Shown here one piece after another: positions 39,976 through 53,282 of a stretch of DNA of 64,000 nt. Every line of letters begins with the position of its first letter. Positions within the stretch are counted from its first letter, which is position 1. The notes under the pieces were generated by a model. The model saw only the letters and a program-made list of their open reading frames with translations, was not told where the DNA came from and searched no databases. A program made the translations under genes and the position numbers. Source of the DNA: Pocillopora damicornis (taxonomy: Eukaryota); contig NW_020843829.1 of the NCBI RefSeq assembly GCF_003704095.1, positions 1,674,001-1,738,000 on the forward strand, given 5' to 3'.

Positions 39976-40979
39976 GGGATCGTACTAGTGAGGTAAACTG
40001 TAGAACTCTAACGGTCTAGATGACTAACGAGGTCTCTATGACATGTTACATCAAAGCATTTGCGACTCGAATACAAAAACAATTGGCGTCTTGCGAGTAT
40101 CCCCCCCTTTTCCTGAGAAGAGAATAGAGAACTTCACAACTTAATAATAATAATAACAAGATATACATTTGTAGCAATAAAAACAGTATTTAAAATATAA
40201 CATAACATAACAGCAACAAATTTGCGTCAGCATACGCTTTAAAAAGCTACTAAGTCTTTCCCAGAAAGATACAAATCATTATTGCCCGATATACCCTGGA
40301 GACGGTTGCTACTCCTGATTTTACCTACAGTGAAAATTCTTCATTCTTATACCAGAGGTATGAAAGACTCGTTTTTTCGGCTTTAAGTGAAATTTACTCA
40401 TACGGTAATATGTCTTTATTGTTTGGAATCACATAACTAAAAGCGAGTTCTTTGAAAAGTAATGAAAGTGTATGACTTGTCTAACTTAAGTCATTTTGGT
40501 AAATGGTTAATATCATTATTTAAAACAGATATTTAAATCCAAAAGATTAAAAGAAATATATGTTTATAAATAAAAAGACTACATAAAATGATTTCTACAT
40601 CTAAATACAAGATAAACAGTCCTGAAAGATTGTAAAAGTAGTTAATCAAGCAAGCCATAAATTTCAGTTGGACATTTTATATATTACTCTTTCACTCTGT
40701 AAACACCAAGTCAGCCGAAAGACAAAAATTGTTGCCGTAAGATTATACAACCTAAAATAGTAAACCCACAGATAATGCTGAGAGATCTAACAAACTGCTA
40801 ACCTTGATAAGCAGTTTACTTTCGACACTCACAGGCAAAGGTGCATCATTCGTATTTTTTCAAATGAGAAAAAACAGATTCAATAACTCCAACTCAAACT
40901 GATATAGAGAAAATCTTGCTTATACACTGATTAAATTATCCAAATAAGTTGGTTACATCTTGATTAAGTTTAGGGGGTC

Positions 40980-43900
40980 TCAGGACATGTAACGATTGAT
41001 CCAAGGGATAAACTCTGTGACGCGTACATATACTCCATACTTATTTCGTAATCCGCATCCCAGGCTACTACCCCAGCTCACTACCCCGCCCAGTACCCAC
41101 TTCCCGCTCACTGGGTCCATGGACACAAATCCACCACCAGAGTCTCCATGACAGGAATCTTTTCCACCTTGAACCTGACCAGCGCAGAGCATTTTTGGAG
41201 TCACAATGTATCCTTCATCCTTGAAGGCGGCTTGGCATTTATCGTTGCCAATGGTCGGAATGCAGATCTCTTTGAGTATGTTTGCAAACTGCCCAATGGA
41301 GTCCTGGCTCACTCTATAACCCCAGCCTACCACTCGGCCGAATTTTCCGCGCATAAACAAACTCTTCTGCCTAAAAAGCGAGAAAGAGAAGAAAAGTTGC
41401 TCCCATTGTGGCCCTTCTCTTGACACAACAGCAGGAAATCAAACGGCAAGAATCACTGCTTTGCAGGGAGAGGATCTTTGGAACTTTTTTCGCTGTCGTT
41501 CAAAAAAATGTGAAAAATAACGGCCCACGGCAGCACGGCTCAATCAAGTGGTTAATTTCACAAATATGTTCACCTTTTATAACAGTCGTAGAAATATTGT
41601 TACCCATAAAACTTAAAGAATTGGACAAGTAAATAAGTGTTTGACTTACTCAGGTTTTTCTGGCAGACAGACAGGTCTGGCGTAATCTGATATTTTTATT
41701 TCACGATCCAGTTTCAAAAGCGCTAGGTCAGACTCAAACAGAGTGAAATTAAAGTCCCGGTGATTAATGATCTTTATGACTCTTCTCCTCTGAACGTGGC
41801 TGTCGTTGAATTTGCGGATATCAAGTAGACCAGCAAAAATATCCAGTTGAGAAAGGGGGATAATGTCTGATTGCTTGCTCGTCACGCAGTGAGCAGCTGA
41901 AGATGAAAATGACGTACTAAGTAACATTGGTAAGTGATCTATGAAGAGTTTTTAAATGTTCATATGTTGAATACTCTTAAAAAGGTTGTGTTTGCCTCAT
42001 TTTTTGCCTCCTCTAAACTCTTTAAAACTTCCAAGGAGTAACTTACTTCCCTTAAAACAAGCAATCTCTGCAAGCTCTTGTCCCTGTCAAGAAAACTGAC
42101 TTTTTTTTTATCAGAGTAACTAGTGTTTCCAAAACCGTTGACCATTTTTCTCCTCTTTGTAGCAAAGCTACCGAGAAGGGCCTGTGATTGACTCACCAGT
42201 TAGAACCCATCGTTCGTTCAAAAGACTTCCACCACAGGCCAACCGACCATCCTTCATAAGTAACACATGCCATGGGTAGGCCCCTTTGGATGAGTCCTGG
42301 CCGCCAACGATCCTCTTTCTACAAACATCACGACTGAAATTAAAGTTTTCTATTTCTCCACAACCTGTATTGATAACAGTAGAGAAAAAATTGTTAACAA
42401 ATACCAACGCATCAAAGCAATCACTACCAAGGAAGACAAAATGATAGACGCGCGGATAAAGTTTCAGTAATGGTGGCATTTATAATGGTAATTGAACTGA
42501 GTGGAGTGCAATTTGGGCTGAAATCATAAGTGTGATTTCAAAATTGAACGAGCGCACAGCGCGAGTTCGATTTGAAATCACAAGTTTACATCCATTTTGA
42601 AATCGCCCAAATACAGGACTTGGTCAGTTCAAATATTTTATTCACACAATACTGAGCCGGTTTGAAATTAAATTCATCCATTTTTTGGGAGGAAAAATAA
42701 GAGTTTGGAAACAAAAGTTGCAAAATTTGCCACATGATACTCCATGTCTTTCATCTTCCTGCAATTTGATCGGTTACTTTAAACAAGCCTTGAAGTCTGA
42801 TTGGTGCGATTCGTGAATAAATCGCACCAGGTAGAGCCAATCAGATTACAGGGACCACCAGTGATTTCAAAATGGGTGTAATAAATGAGCTAATTGTGTC
42901 AGCCGAGCGCGTTAGAAGCCGCAATTGGTGCGAGTTGCACCAAGATGTTCATTTCAGTAGGTCACTCCCTTAGACTTTTGAAATCATTTGAGAGAAAAGG
43001 AAACTCGTTTGTGGCAGGAACAGTGGGTTCAATACATGTGGTCTAAGTTTGTAAAAAGAAGCAAAGAAGTAAGTTTCCTATCTTTCATTTGTTCCTTATA
43101 ACTTCTCCCTCTTTTTCTTTGTTATTTAGGTCTTACGAGAATAATTTAGAACGATGATTTGTCTCGCTCCAACTATTCTAATTCACATCACTCACAGATT
43201 AGATCGAATGATTTGCCTGGAATCAAAATAAATTTGTGGCATGGGTTATTGCCACAGAAGTGGTCTGATATCTATCTGTTGTCTTAATATCCATTTCAAA
43301 TTTGTCGAAAATGGCGATAAAATTACTCTTCTTTTTATCTCTGCGTGTTCTCTTAAAAAGACATGCAAGCACATCCTGTCCATTCTATTTTAATTTTTAC
43401 AAAGCTGCTTTTCCAAACGGCCTTTTAGGTTTCATTATGATAGTGGTCCCTTCAATTTCCAATATAAGCTAACGAAGAGAAGGGTCAGGACCCTAATATA
43501 ATATAAAAGAAAGGCGTCAGTAAAAATTTACGTTATAGCCAGGCTAACGTACTTGCAACACACTTGGGTTGTTCGCCAGACCAGGTTCCATCTGCTTGGC
43601 ACTGTCTAGTGCTCTGACCTCGAAGCTCAAAATACTTGTCACAAGAAAATGTTACGGTTTTCTTGTAAGTGAATCCAGTCTGTCCCATTTTACCATGACG
43701 TGGGATTCCAGGATTACCACAGTTTACCGCTTGTGCCGTTAGAGAGATGAATAAACGAATGCAATTGAAAGAAGTAAAAAACCACGGCAATAAATTTTGC
43801 AGTTAAGGTTGACTCGTCACTCAATTCACATTCTGTCGATAGAGATTCCCTAAAGTTAAGATGCCTTGTCAACCACAATCAAAATTGTTCTGAAATATCT

Positions 43901-46805
43901 TTCAACGAAGTGACTTTAAAGCAGCTTATACCGTGCTCTGGTTCGACTCCAGTTCAAGCATCATAACTATAAAGTATGAAGTTTATATCTTCACTTTGTA
44001 ATGCTCGGAGTTCAAAAGGGCCTTGATAACTTTTCCCCCACAAGATCGCATTCACCTAAGGCGTACCTTCTAAGAAGTAAGTCACCTAAGGAGTAACTGT
44101 ACTTACGTTTGCATTCAGGGACATCTCCGTCCCAGGTTCCGCTGCTGAGACACTCCCTGACAGCAGAGCCTGTTAGAAGATAACCTTCATCGCAACCAAA
44201 CTGTACGACGTCCTTAAACGTAAAACTATCCCCCGTCATGTTTCCATGCTGTGGAGCGCGTAAGATTGGGCATTGTAACCCTGTAAAAGCAAAATGCTAA
44301 TAAATAAAATATAATGCAACGATTATACCATAAAATTAATTAAATGGCCACTACAACTTAGACGACTCGGCTAACAATGATACAATGATAACAAACAGAT
44401 CAGTCAGATAAACAGACAACGAGACAACCAATAAAATTCACGAGCAAGGTCAGAGCACTTCATTTGTGGGTTGCAAGGGATTTATTTACAATCGTTTGAT
44501 AAAACGTTACCATGTGTATCATAAATCGCTTTGAATCCTTTGTAGTTTTCAGTACCATCGGACACAAACTCCAGATACATGTAGTTATCAGATGAAGTAA
44601 TGTTCTGCGGAAGAGACTTCCCACAGAAAGGACCATACTTTCTGTTGATGCCTGCTGACACTCTCAAGTAGTCGTAAGGACAAATCACGTCTGGATGATC
44701 CTCCACTTCAAACTAAGCCCAAAATCAAAAACAAATCAACAGTGTTATTATTATATAATGTAGGCAAATATTAACTTTGTGTAACCATGACCAGGAGAAT
44801 AAATGCACTGTGGTTTGTTATCGAAGCGGCACGATAATCAGGGAAGAGTTTAGGGAAATTGTGATATTCCACCGTTCGTTAACGCGACAACCAACCTGGG
44901 ATAATATTTGTGCGAGGTGAAAATCGTATTTTACGACAAAGCACGAAAGACAATAATGGCATAGAGGAAATAGGTAAGAGCATTTACTGACAGGTTTAAA
45001 AATCAAGGCAAAAACAAAAGGAAAATTAGAATTAGTAATCATTGTCTGGTACCAAAAAGGGTCATAGGGCCTCGGACAGAACCTTCCATAAAGTTGCTGC
45101 AAACAACCCTACTTTATCCTTAGTGGGCAAGAACAGTGCCATTAGTTGTTGCAAAAACATTTGCATTAATAAATACGCTTACCTCACTATATTGGTTAAG
45201 ATTTGAATTTAACATATTGAGCCATAAAAAGATAGCATCAGCAGAACTTGGGCAGTGATATGACTTCGAAGAGCACGATTCGAACAGAACCAAAGTAGAT
45301 ATTTAAAGAAATCCTCCATAGTAAATTTACCAGCATGACTTTTCCCATCATAAAATAATTCAGCATGTTCATTGACTAAGAGTATTTCAATTTATTCCAG
45401 AACAGGAAGAAATCACGAACGAAACTTACCTGAGTAAAACTTAAAGTTATCTGGTATCCTTCTTCCACTTCAATGGTCCAGTCACATCTAGAGTTTTTGG
45501 GGTAGTTCTTGGGGTATTCTGGAGTAGCTATTTCACCTCGCCTCGCTTTAAATTGCTGGTTATTGCAAACAACTAAAGAATGCCCGAACATTAAAAATTA
45601 CGAACAAAAGTAAACGGGGCAATAAATTTTAAGCCACATTACGACAGGAAAATTAATCTTGGGAAATGAATGGGTCGCTCTCTTGGTTGAATATTACCTG
45701 AGCAATCAGAAGATTTTAAAAGTTTTCGCGGACAAAACTTCTCTAAAACGAAGAAAAACGAAGGGTTAAGAAAGGAGGATACTTACCATAACAAGACTTC
45801 TTATCCGGTTGAAGTCTGTAGCCTGGTCGACATGAGCAATAATGACCGCCTATGTAATTGTGGCAGTAATGATCACATCCACCGTTATCCCTTTTGCACT
45901 CATCTGCATCTGCAAGGGACAACAAAAAATTAAGGTAACCTCTACTGAGTAGTATAAAAGAAAACACATGCTTGGAGATTTTGCATACAACATCAATGTT
46001 CTCTGTGGCGGTGGGTCTAACATTAAAGGGATGAATAAGAACAGATCTTGCCGTCGAGGAACAGACAGGCATTTAAATTTGTTGTACTTTTGGTCAATTT
46101 TTAGAGATTCTTTTTTGAGCCTATTATGGAAAGAACAGCTATTTTGTTTTCAGTAATTAAGGAAGTTTGGAAGCTGGACTTTAAACATTTAATTTTTGTC
46201 CTTTTTGAACTGAAGAGTAGTGACGGAAATAGGGCAGCTAATGGCTTGAACCAGAATTATTTGATTATTTATATTATGTCCTTTGGATTTCTTTTTTGGT
46301 CAATGAACATCTTATTAACCTATTAGGGTTTTCAGTAGGGGAGTATCTTGCGATCTCAGTCAAAATTCTCCGCTACAGACCTCCTGCTCGGTTAATGTGA
46401 ACCAAGTAATAAAAAAAATGTGGTAAGAAAGAAATATGTACTTACCAACAGCGGAGTAATGTGCTCTGAAACCTTTGTAGACTTCCTCATTGGAGTAATC
46501 CGAGTGAAAGATGAGAGTGACCTCGTTTGTTGGTGATATTAATTGATCGTGGGGAATGCGATGAACTCCCTTTTTAGAGCCACAAAATTTTCCATGAGTA
46601 CTATTTCCGGAACGCATGGAAATCCAATCGTATTCACAATATTTGAAATATTCTACATCAAAAGCTGTGAACCGAATTTTCACCCGATAGCCTGTAGCCA
46701 CAGTTATGTTCCACACACAGTGCAAGTTATTTGGATACGTGTCAGGAAAGTTTGGCGACTGAATAATTCCATGACGGCCATTAAGAGCTCCACCGCAAGA
46801 CGAAT
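40980..46805 (-). CDS. MASP1: Mannan-binding lectin-associated serine protease (MASP/C1r/C1s family); complement(join(40980..41370,41650..41896,42197..42364,43553..43729,44107..44280,44511..44712,45430..45572,45787..45909,46446..46805)); signal-peptide exon not located
   Basis: Domain order is CUB1 ([22 protein letters not shown]...FHSDYSNEE), Ca-EGF ([31 protein letters not shown]), CUB2 ([15 protein letters not shown]), CCP1, CCP2, then a trypsin domain with IVGG, TAAHC, DLALLKL and [10 protein letters not shown]. All splice phases are consistent. Confidence 0.92.
42481..42885. mobile_element. Non-autonomous interspersed element in a MASP intron
   Basis: Hairpin tgtgatttcaaa...tttgaaatcaca (~42531-42581) near one end and inverted tctgattgg...ccaatcaga (~42797-42845) near the other. 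A second diverged copy lies at 10655-11085. Confidence 0.6.
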
Positions 46806-46889
46806 CTGAAGTTAATTAATATATTGATGAGTTGAGAGAAAAAGGAAATGCCTTGCTTTTTGACTAAGGACAGCCAACACCTTTAAGAT

Positions 46890-47926
46890 TAAAGAGGGTA
46901 AGTTTCTTCAGAAAATGTGATAGCTACGTCGGTTGAAAGTATGATAAGATAATTTGGTTTTATCAAGTGAGTTGATCATGTAAATTGGCCACCGTAAAGA
47001 GTTTCAAAGCTGGCGTTTCGAGCGTTAGTCCTTTGTCAGAGCGAATGGAGGAATTGTGGGTTGTGTGTATGTTTTTATGCTACGCTATTGGCAGGAATAT
47101 GGTGACGAGGAAACAAGAATAGGTTAGTTAAATGAAAAGCGCTCGTTGATACCCTGGGGATTAAGAGTGCCGATTAAGAAAAATAAATTTTTGTTCTAGA
47201 GTTTTGCGGCTTTCCGAACTGCGTAGATTCAGGAAAAGGCCGTAAACTGCCATATACTGTTTAGAATGATTAGGGAGATTAAAGCGTCTAGCGACTAGTT
47301 TGAATACGTCCCTGTCATTTCTTTCTACGTCGTGAAGGTGTTCTTGGAATCGGTCACCCAGTCGTCTTCCTCTTTCACCACTGTATAAATTTTTGCAAGA
47401 AGTGCAAGTCATGCAATAGATGACACTGGCGGAGGTGCACGTGAAATGATCAGTGATCTTCACAGATCTCCTGGGTCCCGACATTTCTCCACGTGATGAA
47501 TGAAAGGACAAGTTTTCCACCGTGAGCGAGCACATTTGAAAGTTCCCGGTTGGTCTTAGTTTGAAAATTAACTTCTGACCAAAAAGTTACTGATGTTTTT
47601 GTCACGTTTGAATGTAATTAGTGGAGGTTTCGAAAACATAGTACCAGTCTCTAAATCGTTTTGAAGTAAGTTTTAAAGAAGGATAGATTTAACTGCGTGG
47701 TTGTGAGGGTGAAATGTGAGAGTGAATGGAATGGATGGGTATTTCGTTCTGTGCCGTTTGTAGTGCTGATTGTCGATCAATTTGTTGGGCGCGGTGTTGG
47801 CCTCTTAAACGACAGAAACAAGTAAAAAGGTATAGAATTCTTGACGTGTGACGCTCCAAACGTCAGCTTTAAAACTCTTTACAGTGGCCAGATTACATTA
47901 TCAACTCGGTTGAAAAACCAAATTTT
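46890..47926 (-). mobile_element. 5'-truncated Penelope-like retroelement (RT C-terminus plus GIY-YIG endonuclease remnant) flanked by inverted pLTRs
   Basis: ORF 47161-47535 (FTCTSASVIYCMTCTSCKNLYSGERGRRLGDRFQEH) is a degenerate PLE GIY-YIG domain. Upstream minus-strand frames give AQQIDRQSALQ and IPFTLTFHPHNHAVK. The repeat at 46951-47045 recurs inverted at ~47850-47926. Flanks cacctttaagat (46878) and cacgtttaagat (47927) form a 12-bp TSD with one mismatch. Confidence 0.88.
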
Positions 47927-50357
47927 CACGTTTAAGATGACATTTGTTTAAGGCTTTCCTTGAAAATCAGTATATAGAACATAAAAATCAAGTCGAAAAT
48001 GGTGAAAGTGAAGGAAAAGTGTTTCGCTGTAAACGTTGTAAATTTAAACTTTCTGTTTCAGAGCAAAACACAAGATCAATTTTTTCAAAACGAAGTAATC
48101 TTCAATATTCGCAGGTTTAGGTTCCACATCACATGACGACTACAATACCACTCAATGTTTTCTGTGTGTACTTGAAAATCAAGGATCAAACTAAAATATC
48201 CAATACTGAGCCCAAACTCCGAGTTAGTAAATTTTCAAATCAAATCAGAGGTATTCCAGACCAACCTTTGTACGTGATCCTCAGGTGCAACTTTGTCTAC
48301 AAAACTTTCATGTCTTGAAAGAAACATGAGCCAGCCCTAGTACATTCAAACCTTTCCCCCGAGCACTAGTGGTCGTGAGATTAAGCTTGAGCTATTTCAG
48401 CTTTCAAGCTTAGTCTTCAAGCTCTTAGATAAGTCGTTTAACTCTTTCTTCAAAGTCAATCAAGAGTTTTGATCTTTCGTTAGTCGATAACATTCTTTTA
48501 GACCTAATATAAACTCTGACATAAATATATCGTTTTGTGAGCATGATCCTTCGGAGCTTTTCTACCTTTTAGAACTATATCTCCTCCCTATTATTTATAT
48601 GAAGTCTTCCTTTATTTGTGACATTGTTGCTACATACACTCATCAGACAGCTTAGTGACTTTCGCGTCACCTGCTGATAATGATCGTGATTTTGCGAAGA
48701 GGCAATCCGGAAGTCATAGGTGAAGCGTAAAGAAAATACCTCTGAGAAATAACTGAAGTTTACAGATAGGTTCCACAAGTTTACATAAGAGTACCATTTA
48801 CTAATTCAACGTAAAGATGGGACAGGATCGCCCAAAAAGAATTGCAAACAGAGAAATGTCCATGCGCAATGTCCAGGAAAATGTCAATATCGACAACTGC
48901 TTATTTCAAATTTTTGATCAAATTGCAATGGAAAAGGAACATCTCAAAAACGCCATCGAAATCTCTCCATGGGTGAAATTTGACTCAATGTGATAAATTG
49001 ACCAAGCATAAAAATTTGGTGGTGACATGAATTTGAACCTTGTCGTGACGTGAGCCCAATAAATGAAAATTCCAGTTCGATTTCTATCATTCACCTGAAT
49101 TGATTGACAAATTATCGAGAGAACGCCAGGAAAATATAGATTCCCGCATGTGTCTTCAAGTTTTTAACACAAAGGAGCTGCGCAATTTAGCACCTCAGAG
49201 ATCTTCTTGCCATTAAAAAAACTCATACACACACAAACACTTCAAGTATACAATGTCTTGTTGGGGCACGATTTACGGAAGGCTAATTTTGATCCGTTCA
49301 AAGCCAGTAAGCAGGAAAGCAACGGCTCTGATTGAGAGCTTAACTTTCGTAAGCCGTAGCAGTTGAAAGCTTGAGTACCAAACTAAACAACCGAAACTTT
49401 AATAAAGGAAATACAGTATTAGTTTACTTGTAGAATCGCCTGATTCCTTCGGTTCATCAAAAGAGGACGCGAGATAAGCCAATTACGTTGCAACCGTTGA
49501 AATGTTCCAAGTCGGGATTATACGGATGATTGACGACGTTGCTGGGTTCTAAACGCGCTAAAGAAAAGTTAATTATCAGTCTACTCGTCACTCTAAATTA
49601 CAAGGCTTAATTTTCTTTGTATCACACTGGGTTGAGCTAAAAATAACAACGCATGATAATTGCCATAATAAAATGCCCATGAAAAAAAGTGCATTTTTAT
49701 TGGCAAGGCATGAAAAATATGTGTTATTTGATTCAGTGGCGAGCAACAGATGTTAATTAATCTTTTTTTAAGTTTATTTTATATCGTCAGTTAAATTTGA
49801 ACGATGAACAAATAGAATCATACAGAAAAAATCGATGGATAAACGCATGAATTGTTTTTTCTGCAAACAGGCCATTCGAAATCTGACCTCCTCAACTTTT
49901 TTTTTTGGTCCAAAAGGCCATCTATTCTAAGCCGTAATAATACTTTCAATGTAAACAAAATAAGCACAGGAAAAGTTCCCATCGTGCAGGATATTTTAAC
50001 ATTAAGTTTTGTTGTGTTTCAATTCTTGATCTGTACAAAGTTTATTACGATATGTACCCACATACCGAAAAAAACGTATTTGAAAGGAAGGGTTTTAGTT
50101 TTCCCTTTCGAGCATGTTAAGTTGTACGAAAACATATCACCGCAACAAGCTTAGTATTTCTAACAAAGTACAGACGAGCGCCACATTTGATAACAGCGCT
50201 CTCAAAAGTGAATACTGATAGGACTTCCGGTCAATGGTTAAGTCATCTTAATTATCACCGCCCTTTTTAGTCATAAAATTATCAAGAAAGATTACACGTT
50301 AGAAGATTGCTGAAGACTTAAAAACTTCAACGTTAAGGGGCTGTGCATTGGCAGCGA

Positions 50358-50392
50358 GGTATAAACGCTTCAGGTTCTAAGCTGCGGTCATT
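50358..50392 (+). promoter_or_regulatory. Candidate TATA box plus initiator for the peroxidase gene
   Basis: TATAAA at 50360 with TCATT about 28 bp downstream, within the intergenic interval between the divergent MASP and peroxidase genes. Confidence 0.3.
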
Positions 50393-51363
50393 ATTTTGGC
50401 GCCAAGCTGAGAGGAAGCAGGGAGCCAGCGCTTAACCAACTGAGATGAGATAATACAATGCAGTGCATCTATCTACACACGCTTTCATTTCAGCAAATTA
50501 TATTCTTGCCAGGAAAAACTACCTCGATATCTCGAACACTATTTAAGCACACCTAAATCTAAAATGATTGCCTCTAAAAGGTTTTTTTATTATTTGCGCG
50601 GCATCAATGTCTCCTGTCGAATCGATAGTGACGGATCTGTTTTGATAAAATCATGGATCGATTTCTTTGTAAACAAATGTGTAACAGTGATGGATATTTC
50701 AAAGGTGATTTGATTGGTATCATTCAAAAAATGTTGGTCATCGGACATTTATAGGGATAGACATCAAGTACCTGGTACGTGCGCAAAGCCTAGTTCATGT
50801 CAGATTCGTTAGCGTCCAAACTCCAAGCCATGCCTTGGAGTCTCAAATTTCGAAAAATGTGTAAGAAAAGAAATAAAAGTAACAATTTAAATCGACTTGC
50901 AAAATTCAAACGTAATAAGTAATTGTTATTTGTTGAAAATAGGACTTAACCCAAGCGAAACATGGTACACCAAAATATGTTGATTTCATGACCTCGCTTG
51001 AGAATAAGGAAGATGTTGAACTTCCTTTAAAACTTAAACAAAATGTTTTTTTATGAGTGACCAGTTACCATTAGTTAAAATATTGGATTCTCAACACTAG
51101 CAACAGTACCTGAGAAACGAATGCCAATGACTAGAAGAAGCGGCAAGAGCAGGCAATCCTTTGATCTGCGATAAACATTAGGGATAGCTAGTTACATTCG
51201 ACGTGACCAAATATCTTAATTCATTCTCAGACAAAAACAATGATACATGAAGGATATCTGTTTTTCCGTAGACTCGTTGACGAAAGAAATGACCTACCTA
51301 AAAAGTACCATGGTTATTTACGAAAATTCCTCACTTGGGTTGCGTAAAGAAGGTAGACGCGTG

Positions 51364-53282
51364 ATGCTACAGTTCAACAATTCACTCTTTGGCACGCGCC
51401 CATCGCTACTAAGCCTTTATGTATTGTTAAAAGTGATTGACACCTGTCTTCTTGTTGACAGGAGTGACTGTAAGCGCAAGGTAGAGGATCCGGCATTACT
51501 GAAGTGATCAGGATATGTAAACTGATCGGCCAACTGAGCCGCCTACACGTTGCAGCTCAAGTACTTTGTTGCAAATATTCATCATATATTTTTATATTTT
51601 ATGAAAGGAAGTGGATGTTAAATGAACTTCCCCTCCGAAAGTGTTTCGAGTAGACAAGTAACGCTTTCCCAATAAAACTGATAAAACATTTCAGACTATT
51701 GTCACCAAATCGTATTTTGCTCTACTTTAACAGATATTTTTTTTAGCGTAATCGATGGCTCTTTAACATATCCCATATACTTACATCAAAAGGCTCCCAA
51801 AGCTCAATTTTTGTTGAAGACCTCGTTCTAAAATCCATTTTCATTTGCCAGAATTTGAAATCATACATAAACAACATTATTGTAAGATAAATCGAAGGAT
51901 ACACCGTTCTGTCGTTATTATCATTATGAGCGTATGGGGACAATTCAAGGAGACGCATGATGTGAACATCAGATTAATCCAGAAGGTTGTGCCGCCTCCA
52001 TTGTCTCCAATAAGAGAATTTAATCTGTTGAATACTGCCCAGCCTCCGAGCGATAAACTGCTGAAGGAACTTCCCATCACCATTCATTCTCTTGTCTGGG
52101 TGTTTTTGATGTTTCCTAAGAAACAACGTATCCAGCTGCTCTACAACCGAACGAAAACAGGTTCTATCTGTATGAGGTTGTTTAGATACTTCTAACGAAC
52201 AAGAGATCGACGACATGAGTCTATGGAGAGTGCGTGTTACTGCCGTGAAATTTCAATGCTTTTCGAGATCTTTTTTGCATCATTATTATTGTTGTTTGCT
52301 CTCTTTTCGGTTAGTTTTTATTTGGTCTTTTTATTTTATTTTTGTGCTTTTTATTTTGTTCTTTGCTTTCTTTGTTTGCTGTTTCGCCTGTCAGATTTAT
52401 CATGTAGCAAAAATTCTTGACAGCCAGACAAATCTCAAAGCTGCACAAGTTCTCTGTTCTTTGCAACAGGATAAGCGACTTTTTGTATTTTATAGGCTAA
52501 GAATTGTTGAGACACAATTTTGTGTCAATCAATGTTTAAGGATATAGATGGGATGGAATTAAGGATATTTGTTGACATCGGACCCCTAAAAAGTAGCCCG
52601 AAGACATTGCATGCAAAATTGTCAACGCATCTTTCTCAAAAAAGAGGTCAAGTAAATGAGCACAAGTGAGTTAACTACTCTGAAACAAAAGACTACGACT
52701 CATTGTATTTCTTTCCATACAGGAATCATTTAAAATTTTAGAATAGCGAATTCAGTGTTAAACCGTGGGGAGTCCCACTAGTCGTTTTTAATCTCATTGA
52801 TCGCTTCGAGTGATCTCACTTCCGCTCGAATCATAATAAGTTTCGTGTAAACATTACACTTTGTCTGCTTGCGGTTTTACGCACTTCCCCTTTGTAAGCC
52901 AACAACCATTCACAAAGGACATAACATTGTATGCTCATCTCCCGTGGGGCTTGTGGTAGAATAGTCCACAGAATTCGTGGCAAACTTGTGATTACGTCAA
53001 CTAATAACAGACCAAACACAGAATGAAGAGGTTTCTTGAGGTTGTCATTGTATTGTAAGTACCATTTCTTTTTAGTAACGTAACCTCCAGGGTATTAGAG
53101 TAATCGTATTCACTGATTGAAAGGTAAGTCTGCCCACAATCTAGCCTTCGAAAGATACACGTAAGAATTAGCTTCTTTCCTTGGTGCGCGTCAGTACATG
53201 AAAGCGATTACTAAATCAGTGTCTTTTGCTTCCCATCACAGAACATACTTGTTTAGTGCAGTAGTTACAGAAGATCCCCCAG
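51364..53282 (+). CDS. Candidate N-terminal exons of the peroxidase gene: 51364..51480 and 53195..53282
   Basis: MLQFNNSLFGTRPSLLSLYVLLKVIDTCLLVDRSDCKRK|gtagag (phase 0) could join cag|YMKAITK...EDPP G|gtaagt (phase 1), which matches the phase-1 CUB exon. The signal peptide is weak and there is no homology support. Confidence 0.35.

Noticed and set aside
43920-43965. tRNA gene (GGTTCGACTCC T-loop)
   Set aside because: No acceptor stem, D-arm or anticodon arm could be built.
48575-49510. Candidates for the MASP signal-peptide exon
   Set aside because: No ATG-initiated hydrophobic segment ending in a phase-1 donor could be identified with confidence.
52215-52547. Hydrophobic 110-aa ORF as a membrane protein
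   Set aside because: The hydrophobicity comes from a T-rich low-complexity tract.
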